Source: an uncultured Clostridia bacterium
Lineage (GTDB): Bacteria > Bacillota > Clostridia > Oscillospirales > CAG-272
Direction: 5' to 3'
Assembly (NCBI GenBank): GCA_944384585.1
Contig: CALWTY010000006.1
Coordinates: forward strand, 1 to 60,814
DNA: 60,814 bases
Below the pieces are notes generated by a model, which had not been told where the DNA came from, ran no database searches, and was given only the letters and a program-made list of their open reading frames with translations. Position numbers and translations under genes: made by a program. Below are positions 41,946 to 51,462 of this stretch, piece by piece. Each line of letters opens with the position of its first letter. Within the stretch, counting starts at the first letter, position 1.

Positions 41946-42317
41946 TTATTTTTGATCCTGATTGAGCTTTTCGCCGCATTTGGGACAAAAGGACATTCCC
42001 CGCTGCACACGGCAGCCGCAGAGCGGGCAGGTGATGCAGTCCCGAAGCGCATCGAGCTGCTTCTCCAGCGCTTTTTTCTCGGCGTTGAGCTTGTCGGCCT
42101 GCGAGAAGAGCCCCGTATAGCTTGCGTCGGGAACCGCTTCCCCACGATGCTCGGCGTATTTCAGCTCCCCGATGCTCCGATAGCAGAGATCCAGCTTGGA
42201 GCGGAGCACGGAGAGCTTGTATTTGACCTTGGCGATCCCGGTCAGCTTTTCGGTCTCCTTGACGGTCTGATCGGCGGCGGTATAAATGGTTTTGGAAAGA
42301 TCGTTCCAGAAATCCAC
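41946..42317 (-). CDS. Coiled-coil plus zinc-ribbon protein
   Basis: CPLCG...FCPKCG; GTG start after AAAGGAG. Confidence 0.75.
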   Translation of the reverse strand: MDFWNDLSKTIYTAADQTVKETEKLTGIAKVKYKLSVLRSKLDLCYRSIGELKYAEHRGEAVPDASYTGLFSQADKLNAEKKALEKQLDALRDCITCPLCGCRVQRGMSFCPKCGEKLNQDQK

Positions 42318-42330
42318 GGCAGTACTCCTT

Positions 42331-43500
42331 TCAGCCTGCATAGGCTTTGTCGATGTTGATGACGACTCGGAATTCCGGGGAAATGACCTTGACAAGGCGT
42401 GCCATCTCCTCCTTTACCTCATCGTCCGTGAGGCGGAAATCATAGGGGATTTCCATGTCAAAGACCAGGTTGGTGTGGGTCGGCCCGACGACCATCCGGA
42501 AGTCGTGGATGGTGACGGAGGGATCGAGGGCGCGGGCGAGAGCCGCGACCTTTTCGCGGGTGGCATTTGTTGTTTCATCGCTTGTGGCGATCGGATCCAT
42601 ATGGATGACGGCGTCGCAGCTCAGCTCGGTGGCAAGGTGATGCTCGATGTTGTCGATGGTGTCGTGGATCTGAAGGATATCGACGTTCTGCGGCACTTCA
42701 GCGTGGAGCGAGATCATCATGCGATCCGGGCCGTAGTTGTGGACGACCAGATCGTGCATTCCGCTGATTTCGGGATAGGACATGACGATGGAATGTATTT
42801 TTTCGACAAGCTCCCCGTCAGGGACGGTGCCGAGCAGGGGATTGATGGTCTCCCTCGCCGCGTTGATGCCGGAATAGAGGATAAAGAGGGATACTGCCGC
42901 GCCGCACCATCCGTCAAGGGGGAAGGGGAGGAATTTCGCTGAAACGGTGCAGAGCAGAACGACACCGGTCGCAAGGCAGTCGCTGAAGCTGTCGGCGGCG
43001 GTCGCCTTCATGGCGGAGGAGCCGATTTTCCCGGCGATCGAGGCGTTATAAAAATACATATAGAGCTTGACGAGGATCGCCGCGCTGAGGATGAGAACCG
43101 AGACGGTGCTGTATTCCGAGGGCGTCCCCGCGATGATTTTGCTAACCGAGGATTTCCCCAGCTCAAATCCCATCAGAATAATGATGACCGAGACGATAAA
43201 GCCGGAAACATACTCGATCCGACCGTGTCCGAAGGGGTGGGAGGGATCCGGCTTCTGACCCGCGAGGCGAAAGCCGATCAGCGTGACGACGGATGACCCG
43301 GCGTCGGAGAGATTGTTCATCGCGTCGGCGGCGATCGAGACGGAGCCGGTGATCGAGGCGGCGACCAGCTTCAGGGCGGTGAGCAGAAGATTGAGAAAAA
43401 TGCCGACCGCGCCGCAAAGCATCCCGTAAGCGTGTCGGACGGCGGGAGAGCCGAAGTCCTCCCGGTTTTTGATCCAGAGCTTTGAAAGAAGCGTGATCAT
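42331..43500 (-). CDS. Cation diffusion facilitator transporter
   Basis: ADAMNNLSD, HPFGHGRIEY, HDLVVHNYGP. Confidence 0.92.
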   Translation of the reverse strand: MITLLSKLWIKNREDFGSPAVRHAYGMLCGAVGIFLNLLLTALKLVAASITGSVSIAADAMNNLSDAGSSVVTLIGFRLAGQKPDPSHPFGHGRIEYVSGFIVSVIIILMGFELGKSSVSKIIAGTPSEYSTVSVLILSAAILVKLYMYFYNASIAGKIGSSAMKATAADSFSDCLATGVVLLCTVSAKFLPFPLDGWCGAAVSLFILYSGINAARETINPLLGTVPDGELVEKIHSIVMSYPEISGMHDLVVHNYGPDRMMISLHAEVPQNVDILQIHDTIDNIEHHLATELSCDAVIHMDPIATSDETTNATREKVAALARALDPSVTIHDFRMVVGPTHTNLVFDMEIPYDFRLTDDEVKEEMARLVKVISPEFRVVINIDKAYAG

Positions 43501-43509
43501 GAGCGGCAG

Positions 43510-44358
43510 TCAACCCCCGTATCGTTCATAGTAAAAGAGATATTGCTGAGCAATGCCGGCATGCCGTCCGAGCGTCCCGGGATCAAACCCGTCGGGATAG
43601 TGGCGGGCCAGCGCCCGCTTCATCCAGACATCGACGGGAAAGGCATCGGTTCTGCCGAAGCCGAAGAGCGCAATGCAGGAGGCAACCTTCGGCCCGATTC
43701 CCCGAACGGACATCAGCGTCTGTAAAAGCGATCGGGTCGGGAGGTCGTCGTCAAAGCGGAGCGGCAGCTCGCCGCTCACCGCCCTCCGGGCAGCGTCGTA
43801 AAGATAGCCGGCGCGGAAGCCGGTTCTGCACGCAAAGATGGCGGATTCCCCCGCTTCCGCCAGCGCTTCGGCGGTCGGGAAGGCATATCGGATTCCGTCC
43901 CCGCAGTCAATCGGCATCCCGAAGCTCTCCGAGAGGGAGGAGATGAGTCGGCGGATGCGGGGAATGTTGTTGTTTTGGGAGAGAATGAAGGAGCAGATCG
44001 TTTCCCACGGCTCCTGGCGGAGGATTCGGATGCCCCGTCCCCGCTCCATTGCCGCTGCCAAAACGGCATCGTCGGGACGGCTTTGGCGGAGGGTCAGGCG
44101 GATCAGATCATAGCGCTCGTCGAGCGCGAAATAGTGCCGCCAGATCTCCTCGAAGCCGGCGGCGTCCGTCCCGTGAAGGGTGACGGATGCGTCGGTCTGG
44201 GTGAGGCGCAGGAATTTCCCGCAGGCGATCCCTTCATAGCGGGAAACGCCGTCCTCCCCGCCGATCCGTTCAAAGCGGAAGCACTGCCCGCAGTCGAAAA
44301 TCTGATTGAGATCGAAGCAATCGGGGCGGCTGAAGGTATAGCTGACGTCCTCCGCCAT
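43510..44358 (-). CDS. 8-oxoguanine DNA glycosylase (OGG family)
   Basis: FDCGQCFR, SFILSQNNNIPRI, HhH GIGPKVA, FPVDVW. Confidence 0.9.
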   Translation of the reverse strand: MAEDVSYTFSRPDCFDLNQIFDCGQCFRFERIGGEDGVSRYEGIACGKFLRLTQTDASVTLHGTDAAGFEEIWRHYFALDERYDLIRLTLRQSRPDDAVLAAAMERGRGIRILRQEPWETICSFILSQNNNIPRIRRLISSLSESFGMPIDCGDGIRYAFPTAEALAEAGESAIFACRTGFRAGYLYDAARRAVSGELPLRFDDDLPTRSLLQTLMSVRGIGPKVASCIALFGFGRTDAFPVDVWMKRALARHYPDGFDPGTLGRHAGIAQQYLFYYERYGG

Positions 44359-44407
44359 GATCACACCGCCTTTCGTGCGGCACGCGGCCGCAGTTTCCAT
44401 CTCATAT

Positions 44408-44436
44408 ATTATAGTATATCTTTTCCCCGCCGTCAA
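44408..44436 (-). promoter_or_regulatory. sigmaA promoter for the OGG-CDF-ABC-F operon
   Basis: TTGACG-N17-TATAAT on the minus strand. Confidence 0.75.
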
Positions 44437-44459
44437 TATCGGAGAGGAAAGTTTTGCCT

Positions 44460-44509
44460 CCGACGCGCCGCAAGACGCCGCGGTCGGGCGGCGTCTTGCG
44501 GCGCGTCGG
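44460..44509. repeat. Perfect 22-bp inverted repeat after the deoD stop codon
   Basis: CCGACGCGCCGCAAGACGCCGC-GGTCGG-GCGGCGTCTTGCGGCGCGTCGG. Confidence 0.85.
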
Positions 44510-44510
44510 G

Positions 44511-45236
44511 TCAAAGGCGGCAGGCGGTGTCGAGCGCGAGGGTGAGCATATCGGTGAAGGTGGAGCGTCTCTCCTCCGCCGTCGTATTCTCCCCCGTGAT
44601 CAGATGATCGGAAATGGTGAGGATGGCGAGGGCGTTCTTTCCCGACCGTGCCGCGTTCATATACAGCGCAGCGGTTTCCATCTCCACCGCCAGCACACCG
44701 AGCCTGCTCCATTTTGCGTTGGCGTCGGGGTCATCGTCATAGAAGGTGTCGGAGGAAAGCACGTTTCCGACATGAGGAGAGAGCCCGGCGGCCAGTGCCG
44801 TCTCCTCCGCCGTTTTAAGCAGGGAATAGGAAGCAATCGGCGCGAAGCTCCCCGGCAGACGGTACTGGGCGGCATAGGCGGAATTGGTGCAGGCGCCCAT
44901 CGCGAGGACGATGTCGCGCAGGCGGAGCTTCTCGGTCATTGCGCCGGCAGAGCCTATTCTTATTATATTGTCGACACCGAAAAAGTTGAACAGCTCATGG
45001 CTGTAGATGGCGATGGAGGGCATCCCCATGCCGCTTGCCATGACCGAAACGCGGGTGTTTTTCCAATAGCCGGTGTAGCCCTGCACGCCCCGGACATTGT
45101 TGAAGAGGCGGGCATCGGTGAGAAATTCCCCGGCGACAAAGGCGGCGCGCTGCGGATCGCCGGGCATCAGCACCGTTTGCGCGATCTCCTCCGGAGCAGC
45201 GTTGATATGAGGGGTCGGATACTTCGCTTCAGACAT
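44511..45236 (-). CDS. deoD: Purine nucleoside phosphorylase
   Basis: PTPHI, MPGDPQRA, GMGMPS, VEMETA. Confidence 0.95.
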   Translation of the reverse strand: MSEAKYPTPHINAAPEEIAQTVLMPGDPQRAAFVAGEFLTDARLFNNVRGVQGYTGYWKNTRVSVMASGMGMPSIAIYSHELFNFFGVDNIIRIGSAGAMTEKLRLRDIVLAMGACTNSAYAAQYRLPGSFAPIASYSLLKTAEETALAAGLSPHVGNVLSSDTFYDDDPDANAKWSRLGVLAVEMETAALYMNAARSGKNALAILTISDHLITGENTTAEERRSTFTDMLTLALDTACRL

Positions 45237-45253
45237 AAGAATTCCTTTCTGCG

Positions 45254-45280
45254 TCAGCACACGAAAGCGTTGAGTGCTGA
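45254..45280. promoter_or_regulatory. Degenerate second CIRCE-like inverted repeat
   Basis: TCAGCACAC-N9-GAGTGCTGA. Confidence 0.45.
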
Positions 45281-45425
45281 CACCTGACGTGCGGATTCCC
45301 GGAACGAAGGGCGGGAGGAGGCAGCGGGAGCGTCTTCCTTCTTTCCCGAAGGGGGAGAGAAAAGAGAAACCACGGGTGCATCCGACGCCGATCGGAAGGG
45401 AGGCAGGCGATTCCTGTACCCTTAG

Positions 45426-45454
45426 ATTATAGCACAAACGGAGAAAAAAGTCTA
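45426..45454 (-). promoter_or_regulatory. sigmaA promoter for deoD
   Basis: TAGACT-N17-TATAAT, extended -10. Confidence 0.65.
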
Positions 45455-45475
45455 TGGGGCGTTTGTAAATTATAT

Positions 45476-45502
45476 TTAGCACTCAAGCGGTTAGAGTGCT
45501 AA
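45476..45502. promoter_or_regulatory. CIRCE element (HrcA operator)
   Basis: Perfect TTAGCACTC-N9-GAGTGCTAA upstream of clpB. Confidence 0.95.
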
Positions 45503-45593
45503 TATTTACAGTTCATTCACATATCATGGGCTATGAGTTCACAGACAGGGTGTATGATAGGAGCAGAGATCGGAAGGAAAGGTGATGATACGC

Positions 45594-48206
45594 ATGAATA
45601 TAGAAAAATATACACAGAAGAGCGCGGAGGCGGTGCGCGATGCACGGACGATTGCGCTGGAAAACGGGAATCAGCGTCTGGAACAGGCTCATCTGCTGCT
45701 GTCTCTTCTCAGCGCCGAGGACGGCCTGATCCCCAGCCTGCTTTCGGCGATGAATCTCGATGCCGGGGCGCTGAAGAGCGCGGCCGGGGAAGCAGTTTCC
45801 TCCTGCCGCAAAGTCAGCCGCGGGGGGGGAATGTATCTGTCGAACGAGCGGGACGCCGCGCTGAACGCGGCGGAGCGAAAGGCATCCGAAATGAAGGACG
45901 CCTTTATCTCGGTGGAGCATTTGATGCTGGGGCTGATCAACAAGGCCGACCGGCAGATGCGGGAGCTGTTCGGACGCTTCGGCGTGGAGGAGCAGGGCTT
46001 CCTTTCGGCGCTCCGAAGCGTCAGGGGCAACCGCACCGTCAACAGCGAAAATCCCGAGCAGACCTACGACGTGCTGAAAAAGTACGGACAGAATCTGGTG
46101 CAGCTTGCGGCGACGCAGAAGCTCGATCCCGTCATCGGACGGGACGAAGAAATCCGCAACGTCATCCGCATCCTGTCGCGTAAGACCAAGAACAACCCCT
46201 GCCTGATCGGGGAGCCGGGTGTCGGCAAGACGGCGATTGCCGAGGGGCTGGCGCAGAGGATCGTCAAGGGCGACGTGCCGGAAAATCTGCGGGACAGAGA
46301 AATCTTTTCCCTCGATATGGGCGCGCTGATCGCCGGCGCAAAGTACCGCGGCGAGTTTGAGGAGCGTCTGAAGGCGGTTCTGAACGAAATCCGCTCAAGC
46401 GACGGCAAAATCATCCTGTTCATCGACGAGCTTCATACCATCGTCGGAGCGGGGAAGACGGAGGGCGCCATGGACGCCGGCAACCTGCTGAAGCCAATGC
46501 TGGCGCGGGGGGAGCTTCATTGTATCGGCGCGACGACGCTGAACGAATACCGTCAGTATATCGAAAAGGATGCGGCGCTGGAGCGGCGCTTCCAGCCGGT
46601 GATGGTGCCGGAGCCGACCGTGGAGGATACCGTGACGATCCTGCGCGGACTGAAGGAGAAATATGAGGTCTATCACGGAGTCAAAATCCATGACCAGGCG
46701 CTGATCTCGGCGGCGCTGCTCTCCAACCGCTATATTTCCGATCGTTTTCTTCCCGACAAGGCGATCGATCTCGTTGACGAGGCCTGCGCGATGATCAAGA
46801 CCGAGATGAATTCGATGCCGACCGAGATGGATGAGATTTCCCGCCGGATCATGCAGCTTGAGATCGAGGAGGCGGCGCTGTCCAAGGAGACCGACAAGCT
46901 TTCGGCAGAGCGGCTTGCCAAGGTTCGGGAGGAGCTTGCCAATATGCGGGAGAGCTTCAACGCCATGAAAGCAAGGCTGGATCTTGAGAAGAATGCCATC
47001 GGAAAGGTGCAGCGCCTGCGCGAGGAGATCGACAGGACCAATGCCGAGATCGAGCGCGCGCAAAACGCGTATGATCTGGCAAAGGCTGCCGAGCTGAAGT
47101 TCGGAAAACTCCCCTCCCTCACCAAGGAGCTGGAGCAAGAAGAGAAAAAGGCGGCGGAGGGCGGCAGCGCCGCGACGCTGCTGCGGGACACCGTAACGGA
47201 GGAGGAGATCGCCAAGATCGTGGCGCGTTGGACCGGCATTCCGATCTCAAAGCTGATGGAGGGGGAGCGGGAAAAGCTGCTCCATCTGGACAGCACCCTC
47301 CATCGCCGCGTGATCGGACAGGACGAGGCGGTGCAGAAGGTCTGCGATGCGATCCTGCGCTCCCGGGCGGGAATTCAGGATCCCCGCCGTCCCATCGGCT
47401 CCTTCCTCTTCCTCGGGCCGACCGGCGTCGGCAAGACCGAGCTTGCCAAGGCGCTGGCAGAGGCGCTGTTTGATGACGAGAAGAATCTGATCCGGATCGA
47501 TATGAGCGAATATATGGAGAAATTCTCCGTCTCCCGTCTCATCGGAGCCCCTCCCGGCTACGTCGGCTACGACGAGGGAGGCCAGCTGACCGAGGCAGTG
47601 CGGCGCAAGCCCTATTCGGTTATCCTCTTTGACGAGGTGGAAAAAGCGCATCCCGACGTCTTCAACGTGCTGCTCCAGGTGCTGGACGACGGGCGGATTA
47701 CCGACAGTCAGGGGCGGACGGTCGATTTCAAGAATACCATCCTGATCCTCACCTCCAATCTCGGCTCTGAGTATATCCTCGAGGGGATCGATCAAAACGG
47801 CGACCTGTCGGAGGAGGCAAGGGAGCAGGTATCGCAGCTTCTCAAGCGGAGCTTCCGCCCCGAATTCCTCAACCGCCTTGACGAGATCGTCTTCTACAAG
47901 CCCCTGTCCCGTGATAACATCGGCGGCATTGTCGGACTGCTGCTTGCCGATCTTGCCAAGCGGCTGGAGGATCGCCGCATCGGCCTTGAGGTGACCGACG
48001 CCGCGAAGGAGTGCATCATAGCAGAAGGATACGATCCGGTCTACGGGGCGCGTCCTCTCAAGCGGTATATTCAGTCGGCTGTGGAGACGCTGGTCGCAAG
48101 AAAGATCATCTCGGAGGATGTGCCCCCCGATTCGGTGATCCGGGTTGACAGTCAGAATAATACTCTGACCGCGGAGATGGTCATCCTCCCCGCCGTGACG
48201 GAATAA
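45594..48206 (+). CDS. clpB: Chaperone ClpB
   Basis: Two AAA+ domains ([16 protein letters not shown]), long coiled-coil M domain. Confidence 0.96.
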   Translation: MNIEKYTQKSAEAVRDARTIALENGNQRLEQAHLLLSLLSAEDGLIPSLLSAMNLDAGALKSAAGEAVSSCRKVSRGGGMYLSNERDAALNAAERKASEMKDAFISVEHLMLGLINKADRQMRELFGRFGVEEQGFLSALRSVRGNRTVNSENPEQTYDVLKKYGQNLVQLAATQKLDPVIGRDEEIRNVIRILSRKTKNNPCLIGEPGVGKTAIAEGLAQRIVKGDVPENLRDREIFSLDMGALIAGAKYRGEFEERLKAVLNEIRSSDGKIILFIDELHTIVGAGKTEGAMDAGNLLKPMLARGELHCIGATTLNEYRQYIEKDAALERRFQPVMVPEPTVEDTVTILRGLKEKYEVYHGVKIHDQALISAALLSNRYISDRFLPDKAIDLVDEACAMIKTEMNSMPTEMDEISRRIMQLEIEEAALSKETDKLSAERLAKVREELANMRESFNAMKARLDLEKNAIGKVQRLREEIDRTNAEIERAQNAYDLAKAAELKFGKLPSLTKELEQEEKKAAEGGSAATLLRDTVTEEEIAKIVARWTGIPISKLMEGEREKLLHLDSTLHRRVIGQDEAVQKVCDAILRSRAGIQDPRRPIGSFLFLGPTGVGKTELAKALAEALFDDEKNLIRIDMSEYMEKFSVSRLIGAPPGYVGYDEGGQLTEAVRRKPYSVILFDEVEKAHPDVFNVLLQVLDDGRITDSQGRTVDFKNTILILTSNLGSEYILEGIDQNGDLSEEAREQVSQLLKRSFRPEFLNRLDEIVFYKPLSRDNIGGIVGLLLADLAKRLEDRRIGLEVTDAAKECIIAEGYDPVYGARPLKRYIQSAVETLVARKIISEDVPPDSVIRVDSQNNTLTAEMVILPAVTE

Positions 48207-48291
48207 CCCGCAATCCCGGTATCCCTTTTGCATACCCGCCGCCTCCCCGGAATATATATGGAAGCAGAGTACGGTGCAAAGGGGAAAGAAC

Positions 48292-49458
48292 ATGAAAAAA
48301 TGCATACTGCGGCTGATGGCATGGCTGACGGCTGTGATTCTGATGTCGGGAGGCGGGTTGACCGGCTACGCGGCAAGCGAGACGACCGTTCCGCCTTCCC
48401 TTGCGGGAGAGGCCGAGAGTGTGATTCTGATGGAGGCGGAGACCGGCAAAATCCTCTATGAATACGAGGCGGATCGGCGGCTTGCCCCCGCCTCGGTGAC
48501 CAAGATCATGACGATTTTGCTGGTCGCGGAGGAGATTGCCAAGGGGACGATGAAGCTCACCGATATCGTGCAGGTCAGTCAGAACGCCGCCTCCATGGGA
48601 GGCTCGCAGGTGTATCTGAAGACGGGGGAGCAGATGAGCGTGGAGGATCTGCTGAAATCGGTGGTGGTCGCCTCTGCCAACGATGCGGCGACGGCGCTGG
48701 CGGAACAGGTGTCGGGCAGCGTCGAGGGCTTCGTTTCCCGTATGAACGATCGCGCGAGGGAGCTTGGGATGACCGGTACCGTCTTTGAGAATCCGACGGG
48801 GCTTGACGACAGCACGACTGATCACAAAACGACGGCGCGGGATATTGCCTTGATGTCGCGGGAGCTGTTGAAGCACCGATTCATCCTCCGCTATACCACG
48901 ATCTGGATGGATACGATACGGGACGGCGCCTTCGGGCTGACCAATACCAATCGCCTCATTCGGTTTTACAGCGGAGCAAACGGTCTGAAGACAGGGTCGA
49001 CCTCCAAGGCGGGCTTCTGTATCAGCGCAACGGCGCTGCGGGACGGAATGCAGCTCATTGCCGTGATTATGGGCGCGCCGAACCGTGATTCCAGAAACGA
49101 AACCGCAAAAAAGCTCCTCGATTACGGCTTTGCCAACTATCGCTACCTCTGCATGGAGGCGGGAGAGCTTGAACCGATCCGCGTGCTGGGGGGAACTGAG
49201 CCCTCCTGCCGCCTCCTCTACGGAAAATTCGACGCGGTGCTTGACAAAGCGGCGGCAGCCAAAGGCGTAGAAAGGCTCGTGAAGCTGCCGGAATCGATCC
49301 CCGCGCCGGTAGAGCCGGGGCAGATCGTCGGGAGCATTGAGTACACGATCGACGGCGAGACGATCGGCAGCGTCGATATTGTCGCGGGAGAATCGGTCGG
49401 ACGGATCGGCTACGGAGGGCTTCTCAAGCGGCTTTTTATGCACTTTTTTCTGAAATAA
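48292..49458 (+). CDS. D-alanyl-D-alanine carboxypeptidase (S11, DacF-like)
   Basis: SVTK, SAN and KTG motifs; AASMGGSQVYL; signal peptide. Confidence 0.9.
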   Translation: MKKCILRLMAWLTAVILMSGGGLTGYAASETTVPPSLAGEAESVILMEAETGKILYEYEADRRLAPASVTKIMTILLVAEEIAKGTMKLTDIVQVSQNAASMGGSQVYLKTGEQMSVEDLLKSVVVASANDAATALAEQVSGSVEGFVSRMNDRARELGMTGTVFENPTGLDDSTTDHKTTARDIALMSRELLKHRFILRYTTIWMDTIRDGAFGLTNTNRLIRFYSGANGLKTGSTSKAGFCISATALRDGMQLIAVIMGAPNRDSRNETAKKLLDYGFANYRYLCMEAGELEPIRVLGGTEPSCRLLYGKFDAVLDKAAAAKGVERLVKLPESIPAPVEPGQIVGSIEYTIDGETIGSVDIVAGESVGRIGYGGLLKRLFMHFFLK

Positions 49459-49650
49459 ACGCCTTTGACCGATCGGAAGAAGGCAACAGTCGATGGCGGG
49501 GCAGAGATGCGCCGCTTTTCGCCGTTCGGTAAAAATTGACGCTGATATTTTTCCGTTGTCGGTTCATCCTAATTCCGAGGTGAACCTCAGACGGTAATGC
49601 CGACGAAACGCCGCGCGTTTCCGTTTCATGAAAGAAAGGTGATAGGAATC

Positions 49651-50010
49651 ATGATAAAAGCAGTCACGGCCATTCTGCTCGCGTTACTGATCGTTTGCGG
49701 ATTTTCGGGATGCGTTGACGGCGGAAACGTCGGGGAGGATACGACGGAAGGGGCGCTGATCGATCCCATTGTGACCGACGCTCCCACCGTCGGGGACGAT
49801 CCGGCGATCAGCGACGACCCGGCGATCAGCGATGATCCGGCGATCAGTGACGATCCGGCGATCAGCGATGATCCGGCGATCAGTGACGATCCGGCGATCA
49901 GCGACGACCCGACAGGGTCGCGTATCGGCGGCAGACGGCGGGAGATCGCTCCCGATAACCGCAGCGGCAGCGGAAATCTGAACGGAAGCGGCAACGGCGC
50001 TGTGCGCTGA
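49651..50010 (+). CDS. Small lipoprotein with DDPAIS tandem repeats
   Basis: Lipobox FSGC; RBS AAAGGTGA; in-frame repeats. Confidence 0.7.
   Translation: MIKAVTAILLALLIVCGFSGCVDGGNVGEDTTEGALIDPIVTDAPTVGDDPAISDDPAISDDPAISDDPAISDDPAISDDPAISDDPTGSRIGGRRREIAPDNRSGSGNLNGSGNGAVR
49795..49911 (+). repeat. 18-bp tandem repeat, about 6.5 copies
   Basis: GAYGAYCCGGCGATCAGY units that vary only at third codon positions. Confidence 0.92.
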
Positions 50011-50029
50011 CGCATTCCGGGAGGCAATG

Positions 50030-50074
50030 TCAGGCGCTTCCTCCCCGATCGGCGGGCGGAGCGCCTGCTTTTTT
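50030..50074 (+). terminator. Intrinsic terminator
   Basis: CAGGCGCTT...GAGCGCCTG followed by a T-run. Confidence 0.6.
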
Positions 50075-50105
50075 GATCTCCTTCCCGTACAACCTTCCGC
50101 CGCCC

Positions 50106-50135
50106 TTGACAAAGGGACGGAAAAAGAGGTATAAT
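50106..50135 (+). promoter_or_regulatory. sigmaA promoter for the aminopeptidase-mtaB unit
   Basis: TTGACA-N18-TATAAT. Confidence 0.8.
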
Positions 50136-50183
50136 GATAGAAAAGATTCTGCGCCTTCGGCGCTTATCGATACGGAGGAGAAT

Positions 50184-51419
50184 ATGAAAAAAACAGTTTT
50201 GAAAAAATATGCCGAGCTGATCGTGAAAAAGGGCGCCAACGTCCGGAAGGGACAGAGAGTGGTGATTCGCGCCGACCTCGATCAGCCGGAATTCGTGCGC
50301 ATGGTGGCGGACTGCGCCTATAAGGCGGGCGCATCGGAGGTGACGGTCGAATGGGAATACCAGCCGCTGACCAAGCTGCATCTGCAAAGACGCTCCCTTG
50401 CCGTTTTGTCGGAGGTGGAGGAATGGGAGAGAATGAAGCTGGAGCGCCGCGTCGAGCTGCTTCCCGCGATGATCTACCTCGAATCCTCCGATCCCGACGG
50501 CCTTGCGGGGGTCAATCAGACCAAATACGCCAAATCGCTGCAGAATCGGATGAAGGTCATCAAGCCGATCCGCGATAAGATGGAGAACCGCTATCAATGG
50601 GTGATCGCCGCCGTCCCCGGCAAGGCGTGGGCAAAGAAGGTTTTCCCCGACGAGCGTCCTTCCGCTGCGATGGAGCATCTCTGGAAGGCGATCCTGAAGG
50701 CATCCCGTGCCGACGGGGATTCCCCGATGGAGGAATGGGATCGCCACAATGCCGCGCTGGCGGAGCGCTGCCGCTATTTAAACAGCCTCTCTCTGCGCAG
50801 CCTTGAGATCCGCTCCTCAAACGGCACCGATATCCGGATCGGTCTGATGCCGAATTCGATGTTCCTCGGCGGAGCGGAGGAAACCCTCGGCAAAGGGGTG
50901 GTCTTTAATCCCAATATTCCGAGCGAGGAGGTCTTTATCACGCCGAAAAAAGGGGAGGCGGAGGGGGTGGTTTATTCCTCCAAGCCCTTCTCCTACCGCG
51001 GCCGGCTGATCCGCAGCTTCAGCATCACCTTCCGGGAGGGACGCGCCGTTTCCGTCAAGGCGGAAAGCAAGGAGGAGACTGAGATCCTGCGGCAGATGAT
51101 CGATATGGACGAGGGCGCGGCCTGCCTCGGAGAGGTGGCGCTCGTTCCCTATACCTCCCCGATCCGGCAGACCGGCATTCTCTTCTTCAATACGCTCTTC
51201 GACGAAAACGCAGCCTGCCACCTGGCGCTGGGAAGAGGCTTTGATAACTGTCTGAAGGACTATGACAGCTATTCCGACGAGGAAAGGAAGATGCTTGGAA
51301 TCAACGATTCGGTCATCCACGAGGATTTCATGATCGGAACGGCCGACACCTCGATTGTCGGGGTCTGCGAGGACGGAAGGCGTGTTGAAATCTTCCGGGA
51401 CGGCGAATGGGCGTTCTGA
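50184..51419 (+). CDS. M29 family aminopeptidase
   Basis: NIPSEEVF, LGEVALV, FDENAACHLALG, HEDFMIG. Confidence 0.93.
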   Translation: MKKTVLKKYAELIVKKGANVRKGQRVVIRADLDQPEFVRMVADCAYKAGASEVTVEWEYQPLTKLHLQRRSLAVLSEVEEWERMKLERRVELLPAMIYLESSDPDGLAGVNQTKYAKSLQNRMKVIKPIRDKMENRYQWVIAAVPGKAWAKKVFPDERPSAAMEHLWKAILKASRADGDSPMEEWDRHNAALAERCRYLNSLSLRSLEIRSSNGTDIRIGLMPNSMFLGGAEETLGKGVVFNPNIPSEEVFITPKKGEAEGVVYSSKPFSYRGRLIRSFSITFREGRAVSVKAESKEETEILRQMIDMDEGAACLGEVALVPYTSPIRQTGILFFNTLFDENAACHLALGRGFDNCLKDYDSYSDEERKMLGINDSVIHEDFMIGTADTSIVGVCEDGRRVEIFRDGEWAF

Positions 51420-51462
51420 TCCTCCCCCGCCGGAAGAAGGAACGGGAGGGGAGGAGATCGGT

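Noticed and set aside
45237-45425. Canonical purine riboswitch before deoD
   Set aside because: Conserved core segments were not found; kept only as an unknown leader
49795-49911. Possible CRISPR or non-coding repeat
   Set aside because: In-frame coding repeat that varies only at synonymous positions
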